Source: Verrucomicrobiota bacterium (GTDB lineage Bacteria; Verrucomicrobiota; Verrucomicrobiia; Limisphaerales; UBA9464). Taken from it: a stretch of 64,000 nt of DNA. The stretch covers positions 36-64,035 of the forward strand of contig JARXAF010000151.1 in NCBI GenBank assembly GCA_029865985.1, written 5' to 3'. Each line of letters opens with the position of its first letter. Position 1 is the stretch's first letter. Below the pieces are notes generated by a model, which made no database searches, had not been told where the DNA came from, and saw only the letters and a program-made list of their open reading frames with translations. Both the position numbers and the translations under genes were made by a program. This document shows positions 35,245 through 46,028 of the stretch, in pieces.

Positions 35245-36237
35245 TTACTTCTTCGGCTCTTCCTTCTTGGCCTCGTCCTTCTTTTCAACCGGCGGTGCCA
35301 CCCAACCGGTGTTGATGTCCACACCCGGCAAAGCGGCTTGAAGTTTCTTAACGCCCTCCGGGGTGACTTGGGTCTGCCAGAGGTAGAGATTACGCAAGTG
35401 CGTAAGGCCGGTGAGCTTGGCCAATCCGGCATCGGTCACTTTGGTGCCATACAAGTTCAGGTACACCAGATTCTGGAGCCCTTGGATGTGCTCAAGTCCA
35501 GCGTCGGTGATGCCCGTCAACTCCAAGCCCAGTGTCTGCAAGTGGGTCAGGCCAGAGAGTTGCTTGAGTCCGGCGTCGGTGATCTTGGTGTTGCCCAGAC
35601 GCAACTCGACCAAACTGTTGATCCCAGAAACTGGGCTGAGAGTGGCATCGGTCACCTCGGGCCCTTTCAAGCGGAAGTTGGCTTCCTTCCAGGGTACTCC
35701 CAGAGCGATCGGGCGGGCTTCGACGCCGGCTTTGGACAAGGCCGTGATACCGGCTGCCTCGGACGAGGCCGGCTGGAATTCCTTGGGCAACTGCGGCAAC
35801 GGGGGCACCGGACGCGCAGGTCGGGCCGGCTGGGCTGAGGACGGAGCAGGTGCAGCCACGGCAGCGGCCAAAACCACGCCATCCGGCCACTTGGCACCCT
35901 CCTTGATCCATTCCTTGAGTTTGGCTCGGAGCGGTTCCGCCAAGGGGCCGCCCTCGGGGGGCATGAGTTCGTCGTTGTCCTTGGCGAGGAACACACGGTG
36001 GATCATCTCGCTCTTGTCCGGATCACCGGCCACCACGGCGGTCTTGTCGCTCTTGCCTCCCTTGAAGGCGGCGTCTTTGGAGTCCAAGCGGTATTTGCCC
36101 TTTTGCTTCTCCGTGCCGTGGCACTTGAGACAGTGCTCGGTGAGAATCGGGGCGATGTCCTTGGAGAAATCGACGGCGGACTGAGCAGCGAAAGCCGTGA
36201 GGCTGGCCGCAGCAATGGTGGAAGAAAGGATCTTCAT
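35245..36237 (-). CDS. PSCyt1 (planctomycete cytochrome c) domain fused to leucine-rich repeats
   Basis: 330 aa with a signal-like N-terminus. FSKDIAPILTEHCLKCHGTEKQKGKYRLD...MPPEGGPL...WIKEGAKWP. Then LRRs (LRLGNTKITDAGLKQLSGLTHLQTLGLELTGITDAGLEHIQGL...). Confidence 0.8.
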   Translation of the reverse strand: MKILSSTIAAASLTAFAAQSAVDFSKDIAPILTEHCLKCHGTEKQKGKYRLDSKDAAFKGGKSDKTAVVAGDPDKSEMIHRVFLAKDNDELMPPEGGPLAEPLRAKLKEWIKEGAKWPDGVVLAAAVAAPAPSSAQPARPARPVPPLPQLPKEFQPASSEAAGITALSKAGVEARPIALGVPWKEANFRLKGPEVTDATLSPVSGINSLVELRLGNTKITDAGLKQLSGLTHLQTLGLELTGITDAGLEHIQGLQNLVYLNLYGTKVTDAGLAKLTGLTHLRNLYLWQTQVTPEGVKKLQAALPGVDINTGWVAPPVEKKDEAKKEEPKK

Positions 36238-36383
36238 ACGAAGTGGGTGGACGTACGGTTCTGGTGAAGCTTCACCGGAGTTTCACTGCACCCGCCGGCA
36301 AAGGGAATCCCAAAGAAGGGGGAAAACTCGGCACAAGCGATCATTGCCCCGCGATCGGCAGCATGGTTTTTTCCCCAACGTGA

Positions 36384-37279
36384 ATGTCCACCATCTGGAG
36401 CTCTTCTACTATGTAGCGCGATACGGCGGCATCATGGAAGCGGTGCGCAATATGCCCTATGGGATCCAGCAACCCGCCATCAGCGGCCAGTTGCTCCAAC
36501 TCGAGTCCTGCCTGGGAGTGAAGCTCTTCCGGCGGCGGCCCTTCGAACTCCTCCCGGCTGGCACCGAACTCTTCAACTTCATCCGACCCTTTTTTGGTGA
36601 ACTCAATACCATCGAGAAACAAATACGCGAAGGATCCCAGCAAACCTTGAGGGTCGCCGCTCCGGTCATGGCGCTCCGGGATCATTTGCCACGGGTGCTG
36701 CAGGAGGTACGCAAACGGTTTCCCAACCTCCAACTGACGCTGCGAGCCGGTCAACAACCTCAGGTGGAAGCCTGGCTGGAGCGGCATGAACTGGACTTCG
36801 CCATCACACTGCTGGAAGGCCATTGCGCCAAAGGACTCAATCACCTGCCCCTGTTGGAACTGCCGCTGGTGCTGTTGGTTCCCAAGGCTTCCCGGTTCCG
36901 CAACGCCGGGGAAATTCTCGAAGCATTGGCCTCGGAGAGTTTGGAAGAGCCCCTGATCTCCGTCACCGCCGCCGAATTGGCTCCCCGGCGCTTCCGGGAA
37001 TTTCTGGAAAGCCGTTCGCTGGAATGGCCCGCTCGGGTCGAGGTCACCGACCTGGAGTTGGTGGACGTTTATGTGCGCAACGGCTTCGGAATCGGGCTCA
37101 GTCTCGCCATTCCTGGAAACCCCATCGCCCAGGATTTGAAAGCGTTTCCCATCGCCGACATCGCCCCGCTGCGTTTGGGAGCTGTCTGGCAGGGGGCTCC
37201 CAGCGCGGTCATGAGCGCCCTCATCGAAACGCTCCAATCCTACATGAAGCAGGTCGCTGGAACCCTGCCCCATCATTGA
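36384..37279 (+). CDS. LysR-family transcriptional regulator
   Basis: ATG at 36384. HTH N-terminus MNVHHLELFYYVARYGGIMEAVRNMPYGIQQPAISGQLLQLE, followed by a substrate-binding-type C-terminal domain. Confidence 0.85.
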
Positions 37280-37289
37280 TCCGAGGCCC

Positions 37290-38282
37290 GTGCGGTGCCA
37301 CCCTGTCCGGGTGAGCCATTTGAAACTCGCTCGGCAGGTCTTCGACATTGAATTGGCCGCACTGCGCTCGGTGAAGGGTTCCTTGGACGAGTCCTTCGAT
37401 CGCGGAATCGATTTGATCTGCGCCACCTTGGCAGCCCGCCGGAAAATCGTCGTCCTGGGCGTCGGCAAGTCCGGCAACATCGGTCGGAAAATCGCGGCCA
37501 CCCTGAGCAGCACGGGTTCGACGGCCGTGGTGCTCAATCCGGTCGATGCCTTGCATGGCGACCTCGGCATCGTGCAAGACGGCGACCTCATCCTCGCCCT
37601 CAGCTACTCGGGAGAGTCGTCCGAGTGGACGGACCTGCTTCCGGCACTGCGACGTTTTTCGGTCCAGATCATCGCCCTCACCGGCAACCCCAAATCCACG
37701 TTGGCTCAGCACAGTGATGTGATTCTCGATATCCGCGTTCCCCGGGAAGCCTGTCCCTTCAATCTGGCTCCGACGGCTTCGACCACCGCGACCTTGGTGA
37801 TGGGAGACGCCTTGGCCATCGCGGTGATGACCGCGCGCGGATTCCGGAAACAGGATTTTGCCCAACGCCATCCGGCTGGGGCCATCGGGCGAGCCTTGCT
37901 CTACAAGGTCGGTGACATCATGCGGCGCGACCAACGCAATGCCGTGGCGCGTCAGGATCAGACGGTTCAAGACGGATTGCTCACGATGACCCACGCCAAA
38001 ACCGGATCCGTCAGTGTGGTCGACGGCAAGGGGCGACTGGTGGGCGTATTCACCGATGGCGACCTCCGCCGACGGCTAGCGGCCCACGAAGACATTCTCC
38101 AGCGCCCGCTGAAGGAGGTCATGACCCGCAACCCCATCACCCTTCGCGACGACGCCCTCGCCGTGGACGCCTTACGCATCTTCAATGATCGCAATATCGA
38201 CGATCTGATCGTGGTCAACGCGCGCAAGGAACCCGTCGGATTGGTGGACTCCCAAGACCTGCCCAAGCTCAAGCTGATGTGA
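37290..38282 (+). CDS. kdsD: arabinose-5-phosphate isomerase (KpsF/GutQ/KdsD family; SIS plus 2 CBS)
   Basis: [24 protein letters not shown] (SIS), LSYSGES, and C-terminal CBS pair. GTG start at 37290 (alternative GTG at 37311). Confidence 0.85.
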   Translation: MRCHPVRVSHLKLARQVFDIELAALRSVKGSLDESFDRGIDLICATLAARRKIVVLGVGKSGNIGRKIAATLSSTGSTAVVLNPVDALHGDLGIVQDGDLILALSYSGESSEWTDLLPALRRFSVQIIALTGNPKSTLAQHSDVILDIRVPREACPFNLAPTASTTATLVMGDALAIAVMTARGFRKQDFAQRHPAGAIGRALLYKVGDIMRRDQRNAVARQDQTVQDGLLTMTHAKTGSVSVVDGKGRLVGVFTDGDLRRRLAAHEDILQRPLKEVMTRNPITLRDDALAVDALRIFNDRNIDDLIVVNARKEPVGLVDSQDLPKLKLM

Positions 38283-38370
38283 TCCACACGATCGGATGAG
38301 ACGCCGGTTCCTCGAATGCCGGACGTTTTCGGCATTCCCGCCGAGCACTGCCGGACGTAGACTCACCGGC

Positions 38371-38859
38371 ATGGTACACGTCGGCATCGGTTACGATGTC
38401 CATTGTCTGGTTCCCGACCGCAAGTTGGTCTTGGGGGGCGTCGAGATTCCGCACAGCAAGGGCTTGGACGGTCATTCGGACGCGGACGCTCTGCTGCACG
38501 CCATCACGGATGCGGTCCTCGGAGCGATCGGCGAGGTCGACATCGGCCACCTCTTCCCAAACACCGATCCTGCCTGGCGCAACGCCCCCAGCCGCATCTT
38601 CCTGGAAGAAGCCGCTCGTCGCGTCCAAGCACGGGGCGGTCGGATCGTGAACATCGACGCCACCCTCATCGCCGAACAACCGAAGATCTACCCCCACATC
38701 ACCGCCATGAAGGCCCACATCGCCACCGCATTGGGTATCCCTCCGGGCAAGGTGGGCGTCAAGGCCACGACCAACGAAACCATGGGGTTTGTCGGTCGCC
38801 AAGAAGGCATCGCCGCCATGGCGGTGGCCTCGGTCAACCTGCCCGAAACCGAAGAATAA
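38371..38859 (+). CDS. ispF: 2-C-methyl-D-erythritol 2,4-cyclodiphosphate synthase
   Basis: ATG at 38371. VGIGYDVH...[19 protein letters not shown]...[11 protein letters not shown]. Confidence 0.92.
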   Translation: MVHVGIGYDVHCLVPDRKLVLGGVEIPHSKGLDGHSDADALLHAITDAVLGAIGEVDIGHLFPNTDPAWRNAPSRIFLEEAARRVQARGGRIVNIDATLIAEQPKIYPHITAMKAHIATALGIPPGKVGVKATTNETMGFVGRQEGIAAMAVASVNLPETEE

Positions 38860-38867
38860 CAGCAACC

Positions 38868-39152
38868 ATGGGAGCCAAAGCGGACATCGGATGGACCACC
38901 CCGGGACCCGACGGGATCAAACGCCACGTCTACGCCCAACATGTGGGTGATCAGTGGAAATTCTTCGAACGCCCCAAGCGACGCGGCTCGGACATCGAAT
39001 GGGTACCCATGCCCGAACCGCCGCTGGAAGATTGGCTGGAACTGCTCGACGCCCTGGAGCGGGGCTACGTGCGCCGACGCTACCCGCCGGAGCACATCGA
39101 AGCGGTGCGCAAACGCATCCGGGAAGTCTTCCCGGAACACCGCTTCCGGTGA
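38868..39152 (+). CDS. hypothetical small protein
   Basis: 94-aa ORF starting 8 nt after the ispF stop, with no recognised motif. Confidence 0.45.
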   Translation: MGAKADIGWTTPGPDGIKRHVYAQHVGDQWKFFERPKRRGSDIEWVPMPEPPLEDWLELLDALERGYVRRRYPPEHIEAVRKRIREVFPEHRFR

Positions 39153-39207
39153 TCCGCACAGGGTTTCCCCTTTTGAATGATCGCGGTTTCGGGACACAGT
39201 AACCGTC

Positions 39208-39963
39208 ATGAGCCGCCCGATCATTCTGGTGACGCCCAGCACCCACGCCGCCGGCGCGGAGTTTCCCGATCATTCCATCAGCGTCAGCAGCCGCTATCTG
39301 GAAGCGGTTCTCGATGCCGGAGGACTGCCTCTGGCTCTGCCTCAACTCACCCATCGAGGTCGGTTGGCCGAGTATCTGGAGCGAGCCGATGGCGTCTTGC
39401 TGACTGGCGGAGACGACATCCACCCGAAGCTCTACTGGCCGGAGGTTCCCCAGGAGTTGGTGGAACGCTGCGAGTTCCCGGAGCCCGATCGCGACGTGAT
39501 GGAACTCACCCTTTTGGACGAGCTCTTTCGACGTCCCAAGCCGCTGTTGGCCATTTGTCGCGGGCATCAACTGGTGAACGTGGCCCTCGGCGGATCGTTG
39601 TATGTCGATCTCCCCACCCAGCGGCCCGGCGATATCCCGCATGCTCAGATGGACCGCCGATTCGAACCGGTTCATGCGGTGGATATCGCTCCGGACAGTC
39701 AAGCGGCGGCCATCTACCGAGCCAAAACTTTGGGTGTGAACAGCACACACCATCAAGCCATCCACCGACTGGCTGATCCGCTGAAGATCACCCTCAGTGC
39801 GGCTGATGGTGTCATCGAGGGCACCGAGCTCCGGGCTGAAAGTTCCGGGCTGCTGCCGTGGTTTGCCTCGGTGCAGTTCCATCCCGAACGCCTTTATGCG
39901 GCCCACCCCGAACACGCCCGGATGTTCCGTGCCTTCGTTCAAGCCTGCTCACCCAAGCCATGA
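39208..39963 (+). CDS. class-I glutamine amidotransferase / peptidase C26 (gamma-glutamyl-GABA hydrolase-like)
   Basis: LAICRGHQLVNVALGG (nucleophile Cys) and SVQFHPE. Confidence 0.85.
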   Translation: MSRPIILVTPSTHAAGAEFPDHSISVSSRYLEAVLDAGGLPLALPQLTHRGRLAEYLERADGVLLTGGDDIHPKLYWPEVPQELVERCEFPEPDRDVMELTLLDELFRRPKPLLAICRGHQLVNVALGGSLYVDLPTQRPGDIPHAQMDRRFEPVHAVDIAPDSQAAAIYRAKTLGVNSTHHQAIHRLADPLKITLSAADGVIEGTELRAESSGLLPWFASVQFHPERLYAAHPEHARMFRAFVQACSPKP

Positions 39964-40748
39964 AACCCGGCCGCTACGTCATGAATCATTTCCTGCCGTT
40001 CCTCCTCCTCAGTGTGGTCTGTACAGCACTGCTGGGCGCAGAACCTGCATCACCCACAACGCGCCCCACACCGCCGGCCTACGAATATCGCCCCGGTTCC
40101 TTCGACGGGACCGGCAAGTGGTTTCTGGGCAGAGAAATCGCCCACTTCATGTCCCATCAAGGGGCACCGTGGCTCGAACGCGATGAGCGTGAAACAGAGG
40201 AAGCTCCCAATCGGTTGGTCAGCGCCCTGGGCCTCAAGCTGGGCGATCAGGTCGGTGACGTCGGAGCCGGGAGCGGATACCTGACCTGGCGCATGGCGCG
40301 GGTGGTGGGACCCATGGGCAAGGTTTATGCGAACGACATCCAACCAGAGATGATCGCCATCCTACGCACCAACTTGCTGGCGCGCGGCATCACCAATGTG
40401 ATCCCGGTGCTGGGCACCACCACCGACCCCAAACTTCCGAACAACACTCTCGACCTCATCATCCTCGTGGACGTTTACCACGAATGCGACCACCCGATGG
40501 AGATGGCCCGGCGCATGACCGACGCACTCAAACCCGGAGGCCGACTGGTGTTCGTGGAGTACCGAGGCGAAGAGCGGTGGATCCCGATCAAGCCCCTGCA
40601 CAAAATGACCGCTGCCCAGGTCCGCTCAGAAATGGCAGTCCATCCGAGTTTGGAGTTCGTGGAGAACCTGACGAACCTTCCACGCCAGCACATCCTCATC
40701 TTCCGGAAAAAGCCGGGAAGACAGGAACCTGGAACTGACAAACCTTGA
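39960..40748 (+). CDS. class I SAM-dependent methyltransferase with N-terminal signal/TM segment
   Basis: ATG at 39960 overlaps the upstream stop (ATGA). Motif I is VGDVGAGSGYLT. DLIILVDVYHE. Confidence 0.8.
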   Translation: MKPGRYVMNHFLPFLLLSVVCTALLGAEPASPTTRPTPPAYEYRPGSFDGTGKWFLGREIAHFMSHQGAPWLERDERETEEAPNRLVSALGLKLGDQVGDVGAGSGYLTWRMARVVGPMGKVYANDIQPEMIAILRTNLLARGITNVIPVLGTTTDPKLPNNTLDLIILVDVYHECDHPMEMARRMTDALKPGGRLVFVEYRGEERWIPIKPLHKMTAAQVRSEMAVHPSLEFVENLTNLPRQHILIFRKKPGRQEPGTDKP

Positions 40749-40804
40749 ACTGACAATTGACGCCCCCTCGGAAAACCGCCTACCGTCACGGCTCATTTCG
40801 GTGT

Positions 40805-40879
40805 TCCAGAGTAGCTCAATGGTAGAGCAATCGGCTGTTAACCGATGGGTTGAAGGTTCGAGCCCTTCCTCTGGAGCCA
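40805..40879 (+). tRNA. tRNA-Asn (anticodon GUU), CCA encoded
   Basis: TCCAGAG TA GCTC AATGGT AGAGC A ATCGG CTGTTAA CCGAT GGGTT GAAGG TTCGAGC CCTTC CTCTGGA G CCA. Confidence 0.92.
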
Positions 40880-41010
40880 TCTTTCCTCTTCGTCAATTCA
40901 CTGGTCCTTTCCCCCTGCGAATGGCCCGTCGTTCTCTCCGTTCGTCCTTTCAACCGTCATCGCCTGACAGACGTGTCTCCGCGGTTTTCCGTTCCTAGTC
41001 CTTGGCTGTT

Positions 41011-41706
41011 TCAGGCTAGGTCGAAAACCAGCACCTGAGACTCCGAAATCCCCTCAAGTTGCAGAACTTCAATCTCCGTCAGCGCCGCAGCATCGCCTGC
41101 CGACAAAACCTCCCCGTTGAGACGCAGTTGCCCTTCGGCCACATGAACCCAAGCGTGACGGCCCGGGGCCAAGCCATGACTCAGGCAATCTCCCGGCGAC
41201 AGTTTCCCAAGCCAAAGGTCGGCATCCTGATGCATGGCAATGGATCCGTTGCGACCCTCTCGATTGGCAATGAGGTGCAAAACTCCAGATGCGGCCCTGG
41301 CCATGGATTTCTCTTCATACCGGGGCGAGACCCCGCGGCGCTCCGGCACGATCCAAATTTGAAGCAACTGCACCCAATCCTGGGCTGAAGGATTCACCTC
41401 GCTGTGATGCACCCCGGTGCCGGCGGCCATATATTGAACGTCACCCGCTTGAATCACCCGTCCATTGCCCATGGAGTCCCGATGCTCCAGGGAGCCCTTC
41501 AGCACATAGGTGAGGATTTCCATGTCCCGGTGCGGATGCATTCCGAACCCCATCTCCGGGGCCACCCGATCATCATTGATGACGCGCAAACTTCGGAAAC
41601 CCATCCAACGGGGGTCGTGGTAATCGGCAAAACTGAAGGTGTGGAACGAATCCAACCAACCGTGGTTGGCGTGCCCGCGTTCTTGGCCCCGGCGGATCAG
41701 CATCAT
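41011..41706 (-). CDS. pirin-family protein
   Basis: ORF 41011..41985, with a realistic start at ATG 41706 (MMLIRRGQERGHANHGWLDSFHTFSFADY). HPHRDMEILTYVLKGSLEHRDSMGNG. Confidence 0.9.
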   Translation of the reverse strand: MMLIRRGQERGHANHGWLDSFHTFSFADYHDPRWMGFRSLRVINDDRVAPEMGFGMHPHRDMEILTYVLKGSLEHRDSMGNGRVIQAGDVQYMAAGTGVHHSEVNPSAQDWVQLLQIWIVPERRGVSPRYEEKSMARAASGVLHLIANREGRNGSIAMHQDADLWLGKLSPGDCLSHGLAPGRHAWVHVAEGQLRLNGEVLSAGDAAALTEIEVLQLEGISESQVLVFDLA

Positions 41707-41830
41707 GGGCCTCAAGGTGACCGAGCCCGCCCCGACGGGCAACTCGTGTGCCGCCCGACAAAGGCTGTTGAATTGTCCGTAGACCAGAGCCTGTCCCCAT
41801 GACAATTTCCACGGGAGAAATCCCCGAGCC

Positions 41831-43246
41831 ATGAATGCGTCCCAACCCCTCTGCAACGGCCCCTGGAGCAGCCGGCGCGAATGGCTTCGAGTGGGCGGGC
41901 TGGGGGCGTTTGGCCTCTCCCTTTCAAGCCTGCTGAACCCCGGAATCCAGGCCTGGGGATCGCCTGCCTCAACGGGCGCAGGCAACCGATTCGGTCAGGC
42001 CAAGTCGTGCATTCTCATCTTTCTGGCTGGTGGCCCGCCGCAACACGAGACTTTCGACCCCAAGCCCGATGCTCCGTCGGAAATTCGCGACAACTTCCGT
42101 TCCATCGCCACCCGAATTCCGGGCGCTCATTTCTGCGAGACATTGCCCTACACCGCCAAGGTGGCCCATCGACTGAGTGTCATCCGCTCGATGACCACGG
42201 AGATCGACGCCCATTCGACCAGCGGCGCCTTCATGCTCACGGGCTACGAACCCCAGACCAAGGCGGAGAATGTGCCTCCGGGCCCGCAAGATTGGCCCAG
42301 CATCGCCTCCGTAGTGGGCATGCTCAAACCCAGCACCCGCTCCCCCATGACGTCGGTGGTGCTACCGGAACCCCTGGCCAATGACGGCAACATCCTTTGG
42401 CCCGGACAAAATGGCGGATTCATGGGGCCTGCGTGGCATCCGATGCTCATGCGGTGCGACCCCACTCAGCTCCCGATGCAAATCGAGGGTTTGAGCCGGC
42501 AGGCGGGCGTCTCAGACCTGCGCCTTCAAGAGCGACGGAATTTGCTCGAGCAACTCGACGCCCATTTCCGTCAAGGCGTGGGCAGCGGGTCGGTTGCCTC
42601 TTGGGAGCAATCCCATCAGAAGGCCTTCGAACTCCTGCATGCCGACGCCAGCCGACGCGCCTTCGAACTCGAACGGGAACCCGCCTCGGTCCGTGAGGCC
42701 TATGGTCCCCACAAGTTCGGCCAGAGCCTCCTGCTGGCTCGTCGATTGGTGGAAGCCGGCACCCGATTGGTCCAAGTGAACTGGCCCCGCGAAGGCAAGG
42801 CCGAGGTCGCGGGCAGCCCCCTGTGGGATACCCATGCCAGCAACGCCAGCCGTGTCCGGGATGTGCTTTGCCCCCAATTCGACCGCTCCTTCGCCACCTT
42901 GATCGAAGACCTTTCAAGCCGCGGACTCCTCGACGAAACCTTGGTGGTCGCCATGGGTGAATTTGGTCGGTCCCCGAAGATCAACGCCGTGGGCGGACGC
43001 GACCATTGGGGAGCGTGCTTCTCGGTGGCTTTGGCCGGCGCCGGAGTGCCCGGCGGACAAATCATCGGCTCCAGTGACCGCATCGGTGCCTACCCGGATT
43101 CGCGCCCGGTCCGGCCAAGGGATTTTTCAGCGACGTTGTTTCACCTGTTGGGGTTGTCTCCGAGCGCCGAATTCCTCGATCCGCTGGGACGCCCCCGCAG
43201 CCTCACCGATGGCGGCGTGGCCCTCCGGGAAATCATCGGAACCTGA
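41831..43246 (+). CDS. DUF1501 domain protein (sulfatase-like fold, Tat signal)
   Basis: SRREWLRVGGLGAFGLSL Tat-like N-terminus. GGRDHWGACFSVALAGAGVPGG. Confidence 0.85.
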   Translation: MNASQPLCNGPWSSRREWLRVGGLGAFGLSLSSLLNPGIQAWGSPASTGAGNRFGQAKSCILIFLAGGPPQHETFDPKPDAPSEIRDNFRSIATRIPGAHFCETLPYTAKVAHRLSVIRSMTTEIDAHSTSGAFMLTGYEPQTKAENVPPGPQDWPSIASVVGMLKPSTRSPMTSVVLPEPLANDGNILWPGQNGGFMGPAWHPMLMRCDPTQLPMQIEGLSRQAGVSDLRLQERRNLLEQLDAHFRQGVGSGSVASWEQSHQKAFELLHADASRRAFELEREPASVREAYGPHKFGQSLLLARRLVEAGTRLVQVNWPREGKAEVAGSPLWDTHASNASRVRDVLCPQFDRSFATLIEDLSSRGLLDETLVVAMGEFGRSPKINAVGGRDHWGACFSVALAGAGVPGGQIIGSSDRIGAYPDSRPVRPRDFSATLFHLLGLSPSAEFLDPLGRPRSLTDGGVALREIIGT

Positions 43247-44190
43247 TCCACCCTCGACGCCACAGCGGTCCGCGAAATATCCGCATCCTCAAAGGGTGTT
43301 GGACGACGATTGCGCCCCGGTCGACGGAGCTCGGTCTGAAACCGTGATGGGGTCGCTGCGAACACACCTCGTCCCTGATTGGTGACCGATTCGACCAGTT
43401 CCAGCCGTCGATTTTGTATCCACTGCAACAACCCGTCTCGTTCCTTTTTGGACAGCGTTTCATCGCCCTTCCTACGAAGGAATCGGGAAAGGAGAAAGAG
43501 ATCGTGGTCTTCGCCGAGGTTTGCTCCCAGTCGGTCCAGCTTTGGGGTCCAAGTCGCCAATGACGACGGCAGCGAGTTCTGCACCGGAACCAGCTGATGC
43601 CACAAGCGCTTCGTGCACCGACGCCAACTGTGGAGATTCCGAGTCGATGGGTTACTGTGAACCCGGCGCAACGCACGACGGGCCTTGCGGTAAGAAGACA
43701 CGATCCCTGCCAGCACCCTCTGCCCCTCTCCGGCGCAAACGGGCGTTGATTGAAAACGCCGATCGAAGCTCTTCAGACGACGACGGATTTTCTGCGGACT
43801 CCTGCCGTGAACCAACTGCCTGATGTGCCCAAGGGACCCCTCACGGAGCTGGCGAGTCAGCGCCACCCAATGCTGGGTCGCTATCGCCGGACGCCCCGCC
43901 GCTGCAATGAGGGACAGGCTCTCCAGCCGAACCCTAGCATCCCGGGAATCGGACAACTCGGCTGAACATCGGCGCAGACAGCGCCTCTGTTGCCGAAATT
44001 TTCCGGGCCGCACCATCGGTCGGACCAAAGCCAACAATGCCCGCAACCGTTTCAACTCTTGTCGCACCTCGTGGATGACGGCGTCATCGAACTTCCCAGC
44101 CAATTCCGAACGGGCCCGGCGAACACGCACGTGCAACAACCGACGGACACCCTGATCGATGGTTTCCCCATTTTGGATGCGGTATGGCAT
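43141..44190 (-). CDS. CHAD domain protein
   Basis: 349 aa. VIHEVRQELKRLRALLALVRP and repeated helical RRxLK/R blocks typical of CHAD. The 3' 106 nt overlaps the DUF1501 gene convergently. Confidence 0.7.
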   Translation of the reverse strand: MPYRIQNGETIDQGVRRLLHVRVRRARSELAGKFDDAVIHEVRQELKRLRALLALVRPMVRPGKFRQQRRCLRRCSAELSDSRDARVRLESLSLIAAAGRPAIATQHWVALTRQLREGSLGHIRQLVHGRSPQKIRRRLKSFDRRFQSTPVCAGEGQRVLAGIVSSYRKARRALRRVHSNPSTRNLHSWRRCTKRLWHQLVPVQNSLPSSLATWTPKLDRLGANLGEDHDLFLLSRFLRRKGDETLSKKERDGLLQWIQNRRLELVESVTNQGRGVFAATPSRFQTELRRPGRNRRPTPFEDADISRTAVASRVDQVPMISRRATPPSVRLRGRPSGSRNSALGDNPNR

Positions 44191-44476
44191 GGATCCAGTC
44201 TCGCCTGAACCCCAGTCGGTGACCTGTCAGATTTCAGGCACCTTGCCACCCCGTGGAATCCCTGCAGAAATGGAATGGGCCCCAGTTCATTCTGGAACCA
44301 TCGCCCGTTGATGCCTTCGAAACCCGTCCACTGCGTTCCAGCCATGCCTGCGTTACGTTTTCGTGGCATGACTCTCCCACCAACACGATCTCGGCGACGA
44401 TCTCTCTTGGCTTGAACTTGGGTTTCGCGATCTCCTTATCCATCTATCGGGACGATCCCGTCCCAGCCCTCATTCC

Positions 44477-45043
44477 ATGAACCCGTCCGAAGCCAATCAG
44501 GTCGTCAGTGAAATCTACCGAATCTTCGGAGCCAAAGGGCATCGCAGCTACGGGGAAGACGTCACTGAACTTCAGCATGCGCTTCAGTGCGCCACCTTCG
44601 CCCAGCAAGCCGGCGAGACGCCCGAAGTGATTGTAGCCAGCCTCCTTCATGACTACGGCCATCTGGTCCACGACTTGGGTGAAGACATCGCCGATCGCGG
44701 AATCGATGCCCGACATGAACGAGTCGGCGCCAACCAACTGGAGAAGTGGTTCGGATCCGAAGTGGTCGAACCAATCCGCATGCATGCCGATTCCAAGCGG
44801 TACCTCTGCTGGAAAGAGGCTGGTTATTTTGAGGACCTGTCGACCGCGTCCAAGCAAAGCCTAGCCCTGCAAGGCGGACCCATGGAAGAACCGGAGGCCC
44901 GGGAATTCGAAAAGCGACCCCAGTTCGACCGAGCCATTCGCGTCCGGCGTTTTGACGATCAGGGAAAAGTGCCCGACATGAAAACTCCGACGTTGGAGGA
45001 ATTTAGGCCTTTGGTCGAGTCGCTGGTCCGCCTGCGCCCCTGA
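44477..45043 (+). CDS. HD-domain metal-dependent phosphohydrolase/oxygenase (PhnZ-like)
   Basis: 188 aa. YGEDVTELQHALQCATFA...ASLLHDYGHLV. Confidence 0.7.
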   Translation: MNPSEANQVVSEIYRIFGAKGHRSYGEDVTELQHALQCATFAQQAGETPEVIVASLLHDYGHLVHDLGEDIADRGIDARHERVGANQLEKWFGSEVVEPIRMHADSKRYLCWKEAGYFEDLSTASKQSLALQGGPMEEPEAREFEKRPQFDRAIRVRRFDDQGKVPDMKTPTLEEFRPLVESLVRLRP

Positions 45044-45227
45044 TTGACTGACAGTCTTTGGATCTCCGCATGGGCCCCTTGCTGGATGCGCTTCGAGACA
45101 TCCAGCCTCTGGGATTTAACGGACCCGCCTGCGAGAAAAAAGCCGCTGCATTGACAGCGGCCGATTCACGGCCAATTCACGGCCAAACGGCGGCTGAAAC
45201 CGCCCTGCACCAACACCGCAGCCCCGA

Positions 45228-46028
45228 TCAAAGTCGGAACTTGGGGTTCTGCTGCAGGAATCGCACCGGGTTTTGATAAATGACCTGGTCAATCGCATCG
45301 GCGGTCCATCCGCGACGACGCATTTCCAAGGCCGTCTTGGGGATTGCCAACGGCACGCTCTCACCCCAGTCGCAGGCGGAATTCATCCACAACCGGTCAC
45401 TGCCATGCACATCCAGAATATCCACCGCGCGCGCCGGAGTACACTTGCTGATGGGATAAAGCGTCATGCCGGCCCAATGCCCCCGATCAAGGACCATCCG
45501 AACCGTGTGTTCTTCGACGTGATCAATGAGAACCCGCTCCGGGCGGATTCGGGAATCGCTGGCCAGCAAGTCCAGAATCAGTCGTGTGCCCTTGAGCTTG
45601 TCTTCGAGATGGGGGGTGTGCACCAAGATCATCTGGCCGGTCTTGGCCGCGAGATCCACATGCATCTCCAACACCTTCAGCTCGTTCCGCGAATTCTTGT
45701 TCAGGCCAATCTCGCCGATTCCCAACACATTGGGGCGATCCAAGAACTCCGGGATCAGCGCCAGAACGTCTGATGCCAGAGCCACATCCTCCGACTCCTT
45801 GGGGTTGATGCACAACCAGCAGAAATGAGGCAACCCATAGCGGGCCGCGCGGGCGGGCTCGTACTCGGTCAACTGCCGGAAATAGTCTCGGAAACCATCG
45901 GCGGAGGAACGGTCGAAACCGGCCCAAAAAGCAGGTTCGCAAACCGCCTCACAGCCGGCGGTGACCATGTCAACATAGTCATCCGTCGTCCGGCTGACCA
46001 TGTGACCGTGTGGTTCAATGTAGCGCAT
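45228..46028 (-). CDS. TatD-related metal-dependent hydrolase
   Basis: 266 aa. [10 protein letters not shown]..., [21 protein letters not shown] (amidohydrolase-type His/Asp ligand blocks). Confidence 0.7.
   Translation of the reverse strand: MRYIEPHGHMVSRTTDDYVDMVTAGCEAVCEPAFWAGFDRSSADGFRDYFRQLTEYEPARAARYGLPHFCWLCINPKESEDVALASDVLALIPEFLDRPNVLGIGEIGLNKNSRNELKVLEMHVDLAAKTGQMILVHTPHLEDKLKGTRLILDLLASDSRIRPERVLIDHVEEHTVRMVLDRGHWAGMTLYPISKCTPARAVDILDVHGSDRLWMNSACDWGESVPLAIPKTALEMRRRGWTADAIDQVIYQNPVRFLQQNPKFRL

Noticed and set aside
36341-37591. 416-aa ORF antisense to the LysR and kdsD genes
   Set aside because: It overlaps two well-supported plus-strand genes, has no motifs, and has the composition typical of a GC-driven spurious ORF.
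40880-41010. Second integration site at tRNA-Asn
   Set aside because: No integrase, no repeat of the tRNA-Asn 3' end and no compositional shift were seen downstream. The flanking genes look like core genes.
44234-44443. 69-aa ORF upstream of the CHAD gene
   Set aside because: It lies in the divergent promoter region between the CHAD and HD-domain genes and has no recognisable features. The evidence is too weak to call it.
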